NCBI RefSeq assembly: GCF_035594765.1
Contig: NC_085842.1
Coordinates: forward strand, 133,499,036 to 133,563,035
Length of the DNA stretch: 64,000 nt
Direction of reading: 5' to 3'
Source: Anolis carolinensis
Lineage: Eukaryota
Positions 23,682-34,544 of the stretch are shown in pieces (position 1 is the first letter of the stretch; every line of letters starts with the position of its first letter). Position numbers and translations under genes: made by a program. Below the pieces are notes generated by a model. It was not told where the DNA came from. It made no database searches and saw nothing but the letters and a program-made list of their open reading frames with translations.

Positions 23682-23828
23682 TCAGCTGTCAGAAATCGGA
23701 TTCTGCAATTGCATGAGACTGTATTTTTTTTCATCCACATAGCTGGTTTGTTCAAGCAGCCACTGTCTCTCTTGTTCATCCACAATCATTCTCAGTGTCA
23801 CTTCTTGAAAGATATTATTTACTCCCAC
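23682..23828 (-). CDS. NAT9: NAT9 last coding exon (VGVNNIFQEVTLRM...QWLLEQTSYVDEKKY...DS*)
   Basis: Acceptor ctctccag; matches the NAT9 C-terminal FQEVTLR/WLLEQTS motifs; TGA at 23684-23682. Confidence 0.95.
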   Translation of the reverse strand: MGVNNIFQEVTLRMIVDEQERQWLLEQTSYVDEKKYSLMQLQNPISDS

Positions 23829-23930
23829 CTGGAGAGTGCAGAAGATAACCAAAATCAATGTCATTTTCAGGAATAAAAGCATAATCAAATAAAGAGCTAT
23901 TTATCATATGAAAGATATTTGTTACCACAC

Positions 23931-24025
23931 CTCTTTAAAATTAATCTTTTTGAACATGCCAATACTGGCTTTATTTTCCAATCCAATTTTAGCCTCAAAG
24001 ATGGTGAGTCCAAGATGTATCATTC
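23931..24025 (-). CDS. NAT9: NAT9 coding exon 5 (GMIHLGLTIFEAKIGLENKASIGMFKKINFKE)
   Basis: AG/GT boundaries, consistent phase, FEAKIG motif. Confidence 0.95.
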
Positions 24026-24268
24026 CTACAGGACGAGAAAAGAGAAATAAGTGGTTCCTCATCTCTATAAATGTCACTTTTATTTGGGAATGGTTCATAG
24101 CTCTTCACCAGGCAGTACAGGCAATGTTGAGCTAAAAAGAACAATGTCTTATGTTTTTACTGTTTGGGGCAATTGACACCCCACTATTCCTAGTAAATAC
24201 AAACGGGTCGATCTGTGAATAAGGTACCGTTCAATAAGGATTGAAAGAAGGCCCAAAAGCCTCACCCA

Positions 24269-24418
24269 GGCCTCATCTACACTGTCATATAAGCAGTTTA
24301 AAAACTGAATTATATGATTAGTGTAGACTCATACAATGCGGTTAAACTGCATTATAGGATTCTACACTGACCATATAATGCAGTTTCAAACTGCATTATA
24401 TGGCAGTGTAGATGGAGC
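24269..24418. mobile_element. Palindromic PIF/Harbinger-like MITE
   Basis: Inverted arms catctacactgtcatataa and ttatatggcagtgtagatg. Confidence 0.6.
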
Positions 24419-24622
24419 ACCAGATGGGTGGTTCTTCTGTTCTCTGAATAATAAGCATTCTGCAACCTCACTAAACATTGTTGAGATTTTGAAAACATAG
24501 GCTATTCTGAACCTCCCACTCTACCAGTTTCGATTGTTCATATTCCTTAGTTTCTTTTTTCCAGACACATACAGCATCTTCATCAAGCCCCAACTTCACC
24601 CTGCTACATTTGCTGCTCTTAC

Positions 24623-24682
24623 CATAAGACATCATGATTAGCGTAGCTTCTTTGCCAAACCCTCTGCCACGGCAGCTTGGCT
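24623..24682 (-). CDS. NAT9: NAT9 coding exon 4 (EPSCRGRGFGKEATLIMMSY)
   Basis: GNAT acetyl-CoA-binding motif RGRGFG; cag acceptor and gtaag donor. Confidence 0.95.
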
Positions 24683-24731
24683 CTGAAAGAGAATACATCC
24701 TGTCAAGTCTATTATATTTGTTCATCTAGAT

Positions 24732-24864
24732 CAGTATTTCTCAAACTGTGTTCCTCCAGGTATTCTGGACTTCAGCTCCCAGAAATCCCAGCCAGCTTAA
24801 CAGCTGTTAGGAATTGTGAGAGCTGAAGTCCAAAAGATCTGGAGGAGCAGTTGGAGAAACTCTG
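24732..24864. mobile_element. hAT (Charlie-group) MITE
   Basis: TIRs cagtatttctcaaact and agttggagaaactctg; 8-bp TSD atctagat/acctagat. Confidence 0.75.
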
Positions 24865-25049
24865 ACCTAGATTATAACTCTCCCACCTTCGATTCAACCT
24901 TCTTGGTTCTATTTGCTTTTGCAGTCTAGGATAATGGGAAACACTTTCCTCTTTACCATAAGTAAACATTTTTTTTACAGTAGGACAAGATAGTCAAACA
25001 CAGCAGATTTTAAAAACCAGGTAGTCAATAATTGGAGTCTAAAGACAAA

Positions 25050-25250
25050 AAGGCACCAAATCCTGTCTGGTTTTGGAAGCTAAGCAGGATCAGCGCTGGT
25101 TAGTACTTGGATGGGGGATTGCAAATGAATATCAGGTGCTATAGGCTGTATGTCAGAGGAAGAACCTGGAAAGCCTTGTTTAGGAGAACCATATGAAAGA
25201 TTCATGGGGTAACCATAAGTCAATGGGCAACTTGAAGAGACATACATATA
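25050..25250 (+). mobile_element. 5S rRNA-derived SINE (5S-Sauria-like)
   Basis: ggaagctaagcaggatcagcgctggttagtacttggatggg...ggtgctataggc matches the 5S internal control region and is followed by a non-5S BovB-like tail. Confidence 0.75.
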
Positions 25251-25477
25251 CAGAGTAGTCAAAAAAGGAATCAGGCAGGATTTCAGAAGTGTTGGACTGC
25301 AACTGCCAGAATGTATCACAACTTGCAATGCTGAATATATAAAATAAGGAGTTGCATTTGGAGGGCTACATGATTCCCACTCTGAGAAATCATAGAGGGT
25401 GGACAAATTTATCAAGAGTTACACTTCACTTTTGAAATTTCAGGAGTCGCAAAATACAGCCACCACAATTGTTAGAC

Positions 25478-25611
25478 CAGTGGTTCTCAACCTGGGGTCC
25501 CCAGATGTTTTTGGCCTTCAACTCCCAGAAATCCTAACAGCTGGCAAACTGGCTGGGATTTCTGGGAGTTGTAAGCCAAAACCATCTGGGACCCCAGGTT
25601 GAGAATCACTG
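25478..25611. mobile_element. SPIN/URR1-like hAT MITE
   Basis: TIRs cagtggttctcaacct and aggttgagaatcactg; perfect 8-bp TSD tgttagac. Confidence 0.85.
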
Positions 25612-25771
25612 TGTTAGACCAATGTGCCAAGAAGTAGCCAGGCTGGAATTGTAGGTCCAGAAACAATATACAAATTATGTCGGATCGTATACAACAGACA
25701 GATGTATAATTTGAACAATAAACTACAAAGGACATAATAGAAGATAAATGAGACAGTAATCAATAGGGTAC

Positions 25772-25912
25772 CTGCAATCATGATTTCAATTTCTCCCACT
25801 TTCCGATTTTCAGGATCTGTGAGGAACAAATTTACATCTCCAACCATGCATTCCTCTTCTGTGGCTTTCTGCCTAGACCACTTATCAGTATCAAGTACTA
25901 TAAATGTGCATT
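25772..25912 (-). CDS. NAT9: NAT9 coding exon 3 (KCTFIVLD...CMVGDVNLFLTDPENRKVGEIEIMIA)
   Basis: Diagnostic MVGDVNLFL and GEIEIMIA; AG/GT boundaries. Confidence 0.96.
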
Positions 25913-26567
25913 CTGGAGAAATGGGAATAAAACCATTTAAATCATTTGTAATTCATTGGAAGAAGAAACCAGGTTGAACAAGCATAGTTCCCACCTTTCC
26001 CTACCACTCCCCTTCTGAGTTCTCCTTCCATTACTGGAAATTTGGAGAGAAAGTTTTCACATGTTGCTGAATATGATAGATAATGCCCTTCTTATCTTCT
26101 TCCCCAAATCCAATGGAAAACAGAGGAAAAAAAGGAAAAGTTTGAAACTCATCTAATAGGGTTATTACTTTGACACCATATCAGATAAACATGTATTTAT
26201 TAAACTTGCACTCACCAGTCCAGCTATGAAGGAGCTGAGATGTAGAGTTAACTTCATTACTAAAATGAAAACTCCACGAGCATAAAACCCCCCACTCCCT
26301 CCTCTTCTTTGCTATTTAAGCATGCTTTCCCCTGCTAGATTACTTTTGGTACTGGAGACATGCTTTGAGAACATATTTTAAAGCACGAGGATATCAGGTA
26401 TGAAAAAAGACCTGTCTTCTTACTTAATACTACGATAGCCTCTCAACCTGTGTGGTGGTTTCATAAATGCACATGGCTGTTTTATGTCAGTTGAACTGCA
26501 AATAAAATATAAACATATAGGCTCACTACCCTATTCTCAAATCCCTTCAAATATTTAAAAGCCTCAC

Positions 26568-26677
26568 TGTCGGTATCTTCCCGCCAACTGCGCTGCATCT
26601 CATATTCCTGTTGAAGGCTCAGTGGTTCAGATGCAGTTAGACGTTGTAGCTCTTCAGACTTCATCCACTCATGGTAT
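26568..26677 (-). CDS. NAT9: NAT9 coding exon 2 (RYHEWMKSEELQRLTASEPLSLQQEYEMQRSWREDTD)
   Basis: Diagnostic YHEWMK and LTASEPL; cag acceptor and gtgag donor. Confidence 0.96.
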
Positions 26678-27210
26678 CTGATGAGAAAATCCAGAAAGAG
26701 GCAACATATAATTCTTTTTCAAAACATCACACATATGTGGTCCTAACTCATTTCAGATGTCTAGGAAAACTGATACAGTCATGCTTATATCATAGGATTT
26801 ATACTGTTAACAGTATGCCTGATATGTGATCATGACCACAGTACAGAATAGTACTATGCAAATAGTGTGAAATGGCCTTAGCTGAATTCTGGTCAGTTCA
26901 GTCCGCATTCCACTGGTACACTATTATTTAGCAGTCACTTTGATGAGAATTTTTTTTAAAAAGCCTGCACCTAGGGACAATGTGACAACGACATCGACAT
27001 CATCATCCTTTATCTCCCACCTTTCTCCCCATGGGGACTCAAGGCGACTAAAAGAACAATACAAAAGTTGCAGTTTTGTATTGCTCTGGAAGGTAAAGTT
27101 GTAATAAAGAAGGCTGATCATTATTCAGAGATAAACTGTAGCCCTTCTCCATGTGAAGGGTGCACAAAGTGAGGCTCGCATACTCCAAGGTTGTTTGTGA
27201 AGTTCCAGCT

Positions 27211-27578
27211 CAGGGGCTGTTTAACTTTTTAAGCACAGGGTTGGTTCACGGTTCCTCAGAGTGTTGGGGCAGCAGACTATAGTTTGAAAAAAGCATGAAC
27301 TAATTCCTATGCACACTGCACATTGATTTTAGTTGTAGCACAAAATACCTGTAAGAACTATACAAAATGAAGGACAATTTTAAGCAACATAAACAGCATT
27401 TCAATGGGAAGTGTGGATCTGCTTTTGGATGATGAGATAGCCAAATTAATTGGGATTGTTATTGTGTGCCTTCAAGTAGTTTCATACTTAGGGTGACTCT
27501 AAGTCTAAAGTTTAGGGTGGGGGCTAGATAAATGGCTTTGCTGCATTTGGCCTGTGGGCCTTAGTCTGGGGACCCCTG
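27211..27578. mobile_element. OC1-like hAT MITE (decayed)
   Basis: Starts caggggctgtttaact and ends agtctggggacccctg. Confidence 0.5.
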
Positions 27579-28363
27579 CCAAAGATTATTTTTTTTTCAA
27601 AAAGTCAATTTTTTACCCACAGCTTGGGCAGGGTGTGGTGGGGGTTACCATGTTTTTGTCCTCTTGGCCATTTTGGACCTGGGGAGGTCTTTTAAAAACA
27701 TACGGTCACTTCTGATCACTTTTTGTTGTTAAAATTATTATCATTTATATAGTGCCATTCCTGTACATGGTGCTTTACAGTAAAAGAACAACAAAACCAT
27801 TCACCTGCTTCTGACATGAAGGAAAACGCTTTGTGAGCCTAGAATGATTTTTAGGAAAATTAAAAATTGAGTGGCATGTGTTGGTGGAAGTATAGCCTTC
27901 TAAGGTGTCTTAGGAGCCTAATGTGCCTCCTTTGCTTGCTGTCCCCCCTCCATTTTTCTAACCCCCATTTTACATTAATGTCTATGTTGCAGTGACAAAT
28001 ATGTAACCAACTTGCTGATGGCCACTCAACAAGTGCTAGAAATGCAAAGGACTGCGTTTTTTATTCCCCAAGCGTTTTCTCAAATAAAAGAGGCATCCAA
28101 GAGTTCTTTTACTAGATGTTTCCTTTTTGCATGTGATCTAAATAAAAACCTAAAATAACTGTTAATTTTTCCTCAGATGATGAATGACTTTGTCCATGTG
28201 TACAGTTTTCATACCTGGATTTAGATCTGCATGTTAACACAGCATTTTGGTTGAAAGGGAAATTGACAAACTTCTAATCTTCACTAGATAATGAAAATAA
28301 AGAGCTCTCAAACTAATGTCCTTTCTTCAAAAATGGGGGTAAAGAGATTTATCTATTTCTTAC

Positions 28364-28440
28364 CTTGGGACATGAGCAGAGGTGTATGGTACCAGGGTCA
28401 CCCTTTTTCCTTGTAATACAGTATTCTGGTTAATCCTCAT
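28364..28440 (-). CDS. NAT9: NAT9 first coding exon (MRINQNTVLQGKRVTLVPYTSAHVP)
   Basis: ATG at 28440; exon begins at 28450 after tttcag; gtaag donor. The six exons sum to 630 nt, i.e. 209 aa plus stop. Confidence 0.95.
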
Positions 28441-28566
28441 AGTCCAAAACCTGAAACAGGATAGATTAGTAAGTGATGGAATCTGATTAATATAATTAAT
28501 CAGCACTAAAACACTTTATAAGATTTATAAGATTTCCCCCCTTTACTTCATTTCTGTTAAAAAAAA

Positions 28567-28836
28567 GAGTAAAGGTTTCCCCTGACGTTAAGTCCAGTCA
28601 TGTCTGACTCGGGGTTGGTGCTCATCTCCATTTCTAAGCTGAAGAGCCGGCGTTGTCCATAGACATGACTGCATGGAGCACCGTTATCTTCCCGCCGGAG
28701 CGGTACCTATTGATCTACTCACATTTGCATGTTTTCGAACTGCTAGGTTGCCAGGAGCTAGAGCTAACAGCGGGTGCTCAAGCCGCTCCCAGGATTTGAA
28801 CCTGGGACCTTTCGGTCTGCAAGTTCAGCAGCTCAG
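28567..28836 (-). mobile_element. Sauria SINE
   Basis: Reverse complement of the Sauria body (cagttcgaaaacatgcaaatgtgagtagatcaataggtaccgct) and the ggggaaacctttac tail. Confidence 0.85.
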
Positions 28837-29240
28837 CTTCCAAATAAATAGCTCCTAGAGCCAATCAAGTCTGAAATCTCCCTGGAAGCCAAAGTGAGTA
28901 AACTGAGCCTGATATACTCACTAAAAAGGCAACAAAGGTAATAGGAAACTAGGAAGGCCATGTCAGTCTCAGGTCCCATCTACTCTTGATTACGTAACAC
29001 AGTTTAAAACTGGTGCTGGGGGGAAAGTGCTTTCACTGTCCATATTATTACATGGGAAATATCTGAACCCTCATGTTTGAAGCCCTCATGGTGCTTGCAC
29101 AAACCACAGAACACTGAGGCACATTAAAGGATTTCTTGCATGCACTTTTGTGGATGCAACAACTTCCTGTTGTTTCTGCTGCCTCTGTGGATAACACTGA
29201 TACACGAGAAGATAAAATAAAGTAAGATAAGAAGGATGTT

Positions 29241-29819
29241 ATTTTTTTAAAAAAATTTTTTTACTGAACTTTTCAAAACAGTTTTTACATAAAATAGAGG
29301 AGTTGGGGATAAGATTAGCGTTGTTAATAGGGGGAGATATGGGAAAAGGGAAGAAGAAAGAAAAGAAGGGGGAAGAAAGGAAACAAAACAGAGAAAAACA
29401 AAAAGAAGGGGGAAGGAGAGGACAGAAAAGGGGGGGGGGAGTTTTGTGTCTTCCATTCTTCTTCATTGCAGTTCCATATCATTTGTATCCTTAATCATTA
29501 ACTATTTAGAAATAGTAGTCCATTGTCTTTTTCCCTTTTCTTCAAAATGCTTGTATACTCGTTCTTATTCTATCTTCTTTAATTCAAGCCTTTGTATATT
29601 CTTCAAAAAGTTTCCACTTGTAATTTTTCCCATAAAGAAAGTTAGTCTATCAATGTCCTTTATTTCTGTCATTTTTTCTATCCAATATGCCATAGATGGC
29701 ATCTCCTCTAATTTCCAGTTTTTTTGCGTAGACCATCCTCACCGCCGTTGTTAGTTAGGTAAATAAAATGTCTTCGTTTGGGTCAAAATCAGCTTCTAAA
29801 TCTGTCATTCCTAGGATAA
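29241..29819 (-). mobile_element. 5'-truncated L1 (ORF2 C-terminus and 3'UTR) in NAT9 intron 1
   Basis: LTTAVRMVYAKNWK...YWIEKM; A-rich tail; 9-bp TSD aaggatgtt at 29232-29240 and 29820-29828. Confidence 0.8.
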
Positions 29820-29885
29820 AAGGATGTTGTTCTGTTAAAACCCAGGTTGTCCTGCCCTTCTATAATAAGCAGATAACCTCACAGA

Positions 29886-30139
29886 TGCGAGACACTGTGG
29901 CATAATGGGTTAAACCCTTGTGCTGACTGAACTGCTGACCTGAAGACTGCCAGTTCAAATCCGCAAGATGGGGTGAGCTCCCATCTGTTAGCTCTAGCTT
30001 GCGGGGACATGAAAGAAACCTCCCAGCAAACACATCCAGGCATCCCCTGGGCAGCGTCTCTGTGGGCGGTCAATTCTCTCACACCAGAAGCAACTTGCAG
30101 TATGTTCTCAAGTCACCTCTGACACGATTTAAAAAAAAA
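29886..30139 (+). mobile_element. Anolis SINE2-type SINE
   Basis: Homologous to 13766-14036; ends ctgacacgatttaaaaaaaaa. Confidence 0.75.
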
Positions 30140-30240
30140 CTTCAGAGACACCTGATCTCCTGTCATTTGAAGTCAACATATCCTCAGCGATTTCACAAGT
30201 CATTTTCCTGCTAAAGTGCTTGCAGGTAGTGTAAGTTTAA

Positions 30241-30447
30241 GGGTGCATCTACACTGGTTAATAAATGCAGTTTGACACCACTTCAATGCTATGGAATATT
30301 GGGAGTTGTAGTTTTATAAGTCCTTTAGCCTTCCCTGCCAGTGAGCGCTGGTGCCTCACCAAATGACAAACCCAGGATCCCATATCATTGAGCCATGGCA
30401 GTTCAAGTGGTGTCAACCTGTGTACATTTTAGAGTATAGATTCACCC
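30241..30447. mobile_element. Harbinger-like MITE
   Basis: Inverted termini gggtgcatctacact and agtatagattcaccc. Confidence 0.6.
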
Positions 30448-30624
30448 AAAGAGAGAAAGAACAAGGTTCAGCCCAAGTGTCGCGGGATTATGATGATGAT
30501 GACAATGAGTGTACGACTAGGACATTTATTTATACCTGGCTTTCCCTTTGTGAAAGATTGAGATTTAAATTGCAATGCAATCAGAAACATTGAAAAAGCA
30601 AACTGAATATTTCCAAGAAACATT

Positions 30625-30872
30625 CAAATAGCAGCCAGACTGTGAAGCTGCAAGGCCATTTAATGCTAATCAAGGGGGGCAACTGCATCGTTCACACTTG
30701 GCTCAAGCAGACCTCTTTCTCCCACCCTGGCCATTGTTCCACAGATATATAAACCCCACTCACCTAGTTTCCAACAAACCTCACAACCTCTGAGGGTGCT
30801 TGCCATAGATGTGGGTGAAACGTCAGGAGAGAATGCTTCTGGAATATGGCCATACATCCCAGAGGAACCCAT
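30625..30872 (+). mobile_element. Penelope-like element pseudo-LTR fragment with degenerate hammerhead motif
   Basis: cagatatataaaccc...cctctgagggtgcttgccatagatgtgggtgaaacgtcaggagagaatgcttctggaatatggccatac. Confidence 0.75.
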
Positions 30873-30956
30873 CATATTATATATTAATATATTAACTCAG
30901 ATAATAAATACCCAACCGATTTCACATCCCCATCTTTAGGAGAGCTCCTTTTAGGC

Positions 30957-31087
30957 CAGTGGTTCTCAACCTGTGGATCCCTAGGTGTTTTGGCCTACAA
31001 CTCCCAGCAATCCCAGCCAGTTTACCAGCTGTTAGGATTTCTAGTTGAGGTAAAAACATCTGGGGATCCACAAATTGAAAACCACTA
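30957..31087. mobile_element. SPIN/URR1-like hAT MITE
   Basis: TIR cagtggttctcaacct; TSD ttttaggc/ctttaggc. Confidence 0.8.
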
Positions 31088-31239
31088 CTTTAGGCCTAGC
31101 ATCCCTAGAGGAAGGTTGGCAGAAACTGCTGAGGCAAAGTACCCTTTCTGCTCCCTTTACGAGTCTTAGTCCCTAAAGGAAGCAACATCCACTCTGAAGA
31201 CAACCCACCGTTCACAGGATACTGTATTTACCTAGATCT

Positions 31240-31700
31240 GAACATGCGCAATCACACCTTTACCCCAGCGCTACGGCAGCCGCGGAGCCCCAAACCGACC
31301 TCTCTGTCTTCCTGCCCATCATGTGATCTCAGAGCAGGCCCAATCGGCGTCTAGGCACCTCAAGCCTCACCACACCCGCCTGCGGTTTTCGGCCGGCGTA
31401 GACGTGCCCTTTCCTCTTCCGCGCATGCGCTTTGGTACCACCCTGCCCGAAATGTGTGAGGCCGGCTCACGGCTCACTGTGAGACCGGGCGGCGTCGGTC
31501 TACTCTTGAGGGTAAAAGGCGGCGCGAAGGGAGAAGTGCGGGAAGGCCCCGAGGAGGCCCAGGGTTTAGTGGAGCGAGGGAAAGAATGGGCAAGGAAGGT
31601 GGAGGGGGTTGAGGCGACGCGGCTGCTTTGGCGGCATTTAAGGTTTCTCATGGAACGCTTCCTGCCCAGCCGTGGGGGGAACCAAGGGTACATCTACATC
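31240..31700. promoter_or_regulatory. CpG-rich bidirectional promoter and non-coding first exons of NAT9 and TMEM104
   Basis: Strongest CpG-dense segment in the window. NRF1 palindrome GCGCATGCGC at 31421-31430 overlaps an ETS core CTTCCG (31416-31421); CCAAT at 31340. Candidate donors at 31370 (minus, gtgagg) and 31512 (plus, gtaaaa). Confidence 0.85.
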
Positions 31701-32005
31701 AGGCCCGGCCAAACTTGGGCTCTCCCTCCAGGTGTTTCGGACTTCAACTCCCACCATTCCCAACAGCCTCAGGCCCTTTCCTTTCCCCCTCAGCCGCTTG
31801 AGGGGTTGAAATGCAAGCATTTGCTGGGATATGTTTATCTGTTAATTTTGAACGGAAGGCAAACAAATTTTACACAGCTGGACTTTCCCCAGTGCATGAT
31901 GATGATCAATATCTAATATCTTGCATTAAAAGCTGCTGTTCTAAAAACAGTTCTCATATTTCTTTCAGGTTAGTGGTGGCAGGATCCAAAGGGAGTGATT
32001 TCTCT

Positions 32006-32029
32006 ATGCCAGTTATTCCATCTCATTGA
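32006..32029 (+). promoter_or_regulatory. uORF (MPVIPSH*) in the TMEM104 5'UTR
   Basis: ATG at 32006 inside the exon starting at 31969; TGA at 32027-32029, 2 nt before the main ATG. Confidence 0.6.
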
Positions 32030-32031
32030 AC

Positions 32032-32076
32032 ATGGCTGGAGGAATCACTGATACAGGGGAGTTGTACTCTCCTTAT
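32032..32076 (+). CDS. TMEM104: TMEM104 (SLC38A12) first coding exon (MAGGITDTGELYSPY)
   Basis: Strong Kozak gaacATGg; acceptor tctttcag ending at 31968; donor gtgagt. Confidence 0.93.
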
Positions 32077-32392
32077 GTGAGTATTAAGTATTTCTATTTT
32101 TGTGCTGCAGTTTTGTATTTGGCCAGATGTTTAAAAATTGTCCTCCTGTGTAACACATGTTTTGCTTGTTCCTGCTTGCCAAGATGAACATTTTATTGCT
32201 GAATGACTGGCTTGAACACTTCTGTGTTAAAATGTGTCAAGGGAGAAGTGTATTTGTTTGCTCTGTTCACCCACACATGCTCTAAAAATCTAAAGCCTTC
32301 TCAAGTTAATGCTTCTTGTTTCACTGAAAAAACAAACTCCTCTAACTTTTATATAATTTGCCATATTAACTTTGTGGGATAGTATATATATA

Positions 32393-32712
32393 CAGTAGAG
32401 TCTCACTTATCCAAGCTAAACGGACCGGCAGAAGCTTGGATAAGCGAATATCTTGGATAATAAGGAGGGATTAAGGAAAAGCCTATTAAACATCAAATTA
32501 GGTTATGATTTTACAAATTAAGCACCAAAACATCATGTTATACAACAAATTTGACAGAAAAAGTTGTTCAATACGCAGTAATGTTATGTTGTAATTATTG
32601 TATTTACGAATTTAGCACCAAAATATCATATATTGAAAACATTGACTACAAAAATGGCTTGGATTATCCAGAGGCTTGGATAAGCGAGGCTTGGATAAGT
32701 GAGACTCTACTG
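32393..32712. mobile_element. Tc1/mariner (Tigger/pogo-like) MITE
   Basis: Perfect TIR cagtagagtctcacttatccaagc; TA flanks; second copy at 47373-47682. Confidence 0.9.
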
Positions 32713-33458
32713 TATATATATGCACACACACATACACACATACATTAGCCATAATATATAGAATTAAATATATGCCTTTATGTCACTAAAACAATGTCAT
32801 TGGACAACGTGGCTTATGAGGGCAATAACATGACACACAATTATATGTGTAAGGAAAAAAGTTCAGAGATAAGAAGCAAAAGTAGGTAAGTAACTTGTGG
32901 GAGTAGGGTTACTAAATAGAAGTTAGGTTATATCTGGTAGTTGCCTCCTGAGACACAGAGAAGGGATTTTCATTTATTCCCCCCCCCCCCCCTTTGTCCC
33001 TTGTACTCTGCTCTAGAGGAGGCCACAGACCAAAGGGAGAATTTTGGAAGAACGAGGCTTCTGTGAATGAAAATATAGTGTTAAATATAACCTAAAATCT
33101 TAAAAGCATTTTTTGAACTGATTTGACTATGGCTTATGGGCAGCACCAGTGAAGCAGAGAGAATCTGACCATTTAAGCTTTCTAGATTAGAGACTTCCTG
33201 GGAATCGTATGTATATACTTCTGAACTATTCAGTAGAAGAGCAGAGTTTAAATGCAATGGAAAAGTCTACATTCTGTACATGTAATATTAGGAGGGTGGG
33301 TTTTTTGTTTTGTTTTGTGGTACTCCTTGGGAACAGGGTTTCCAGCTTGCGTATTTATGGAAGCATACATTTATGCTTCATACTGTAAAAATAAACTTTT
33401 GTTTGTTTCATAGGGTTTATACCACAGAAGTAAATGACAGTCATTATTTCTCACAATA

Positions 33459-33731
33459 CAGGTTAACTAGCGCTTGTTTGAAATGCTTGGGACTGAAATG
33501 TTTTGATTTTTAAAAAAATGTTGGAATATTTGCATATACATAATGCGATCTTTTGGAGATGGGACCCACATCTAAACTGAGACTTTTTGAACTTTTCCCT
33601 CTCACAATTTTGCACAGTAAACAAAGTTTGTGTACACTGAACGACCATAAAGCAAATATGTTACCATCTCAGCCACCTATGTGGACCATATTTGATCATT
33701 TTGTGTTTCTGGTTACGGGATATTCAGCCTG
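33459..33731. mobile_element. Old Tigger-like MITE
   Basis: ta|caggtt...gaaatgcttgggactgaaatgttttg...gggatattcagcctg|ta. Confidence 0.55.
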
Positions 33732-34544
33732 TATCACAACATTACACCATAGTTTTACAGATTATATATTTCAAAATCGCACATGTGAGTTTGCAGGATA
33801 TGTATTGTTAATTCATGGAGCAAGGATGTCAACCTTTCTTCTGTCATGTCTACTGTCATTTATTTGGAATTAATCTGTTGAGACTACATACTGGAAGTCT
33901 ACAGAATTGGAATAAGTGGTAAATAGGGTCAGAGTGTCCCTCTGTTGCAGTCACCACAGAATGAAATACTATGAAGAAAGAGACTGAGAGATTTAATTTT
34001 TATCCATATTGGCCAAATATTGAAATTGAACATTTGCATAGAGCTTTTGAAGCTAGGAAGATGACAGTATATAGTTATAGTCACAGTTTAAGCATTCTTG
34101 AAATTGAGTATTTTCTTTAAAGTTCAAATGTAAAGGCACGGTTACTTGTAACCTATATTAGGTATTACCTAGCATCAGTTTGTTGTAGAATTCATTGAAT
34201 AACTTTGCTCTAATAAATTTATTGTCCAAGAAGACAATGTTTTGTGCTGAACAGAATGTCTGCAAATGAATAAGTGTATAAAGAGAGAGTTTTCAATTAT
34301 TTTAACAAGCTGGAATATTAGTTTTGGCAGATGCTAACATCTACAAGAATAGGTAAAATAATGTTACTTTAGTAACCTTTGTCTCCAGCTGTGATTTTCA
34401 GAGACCGTACTCTTTATATGCATGGCAGAAGCTAGATATATACTACTGTGAAAATGCTTCCAATGTGGAAGCTCGTAATTCTTGACATAAATTCAGTGTT
34501 AAAGCAGTCAGAACTGGCATTTAATATTCCGAATAAAATGAATA

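Noticed and set aside
25052-25146. Functional 5S rRNA gene
   Set aside because: Diverged, 5'-incomplete and fused to a SINE tail.
31323-31916. 197-aa ORF and antisense 108-aa ORF
   Set aside because: By-products of the GC-rich promoter and a MITE; they cross predicted splice donors and show no recognisable domain.
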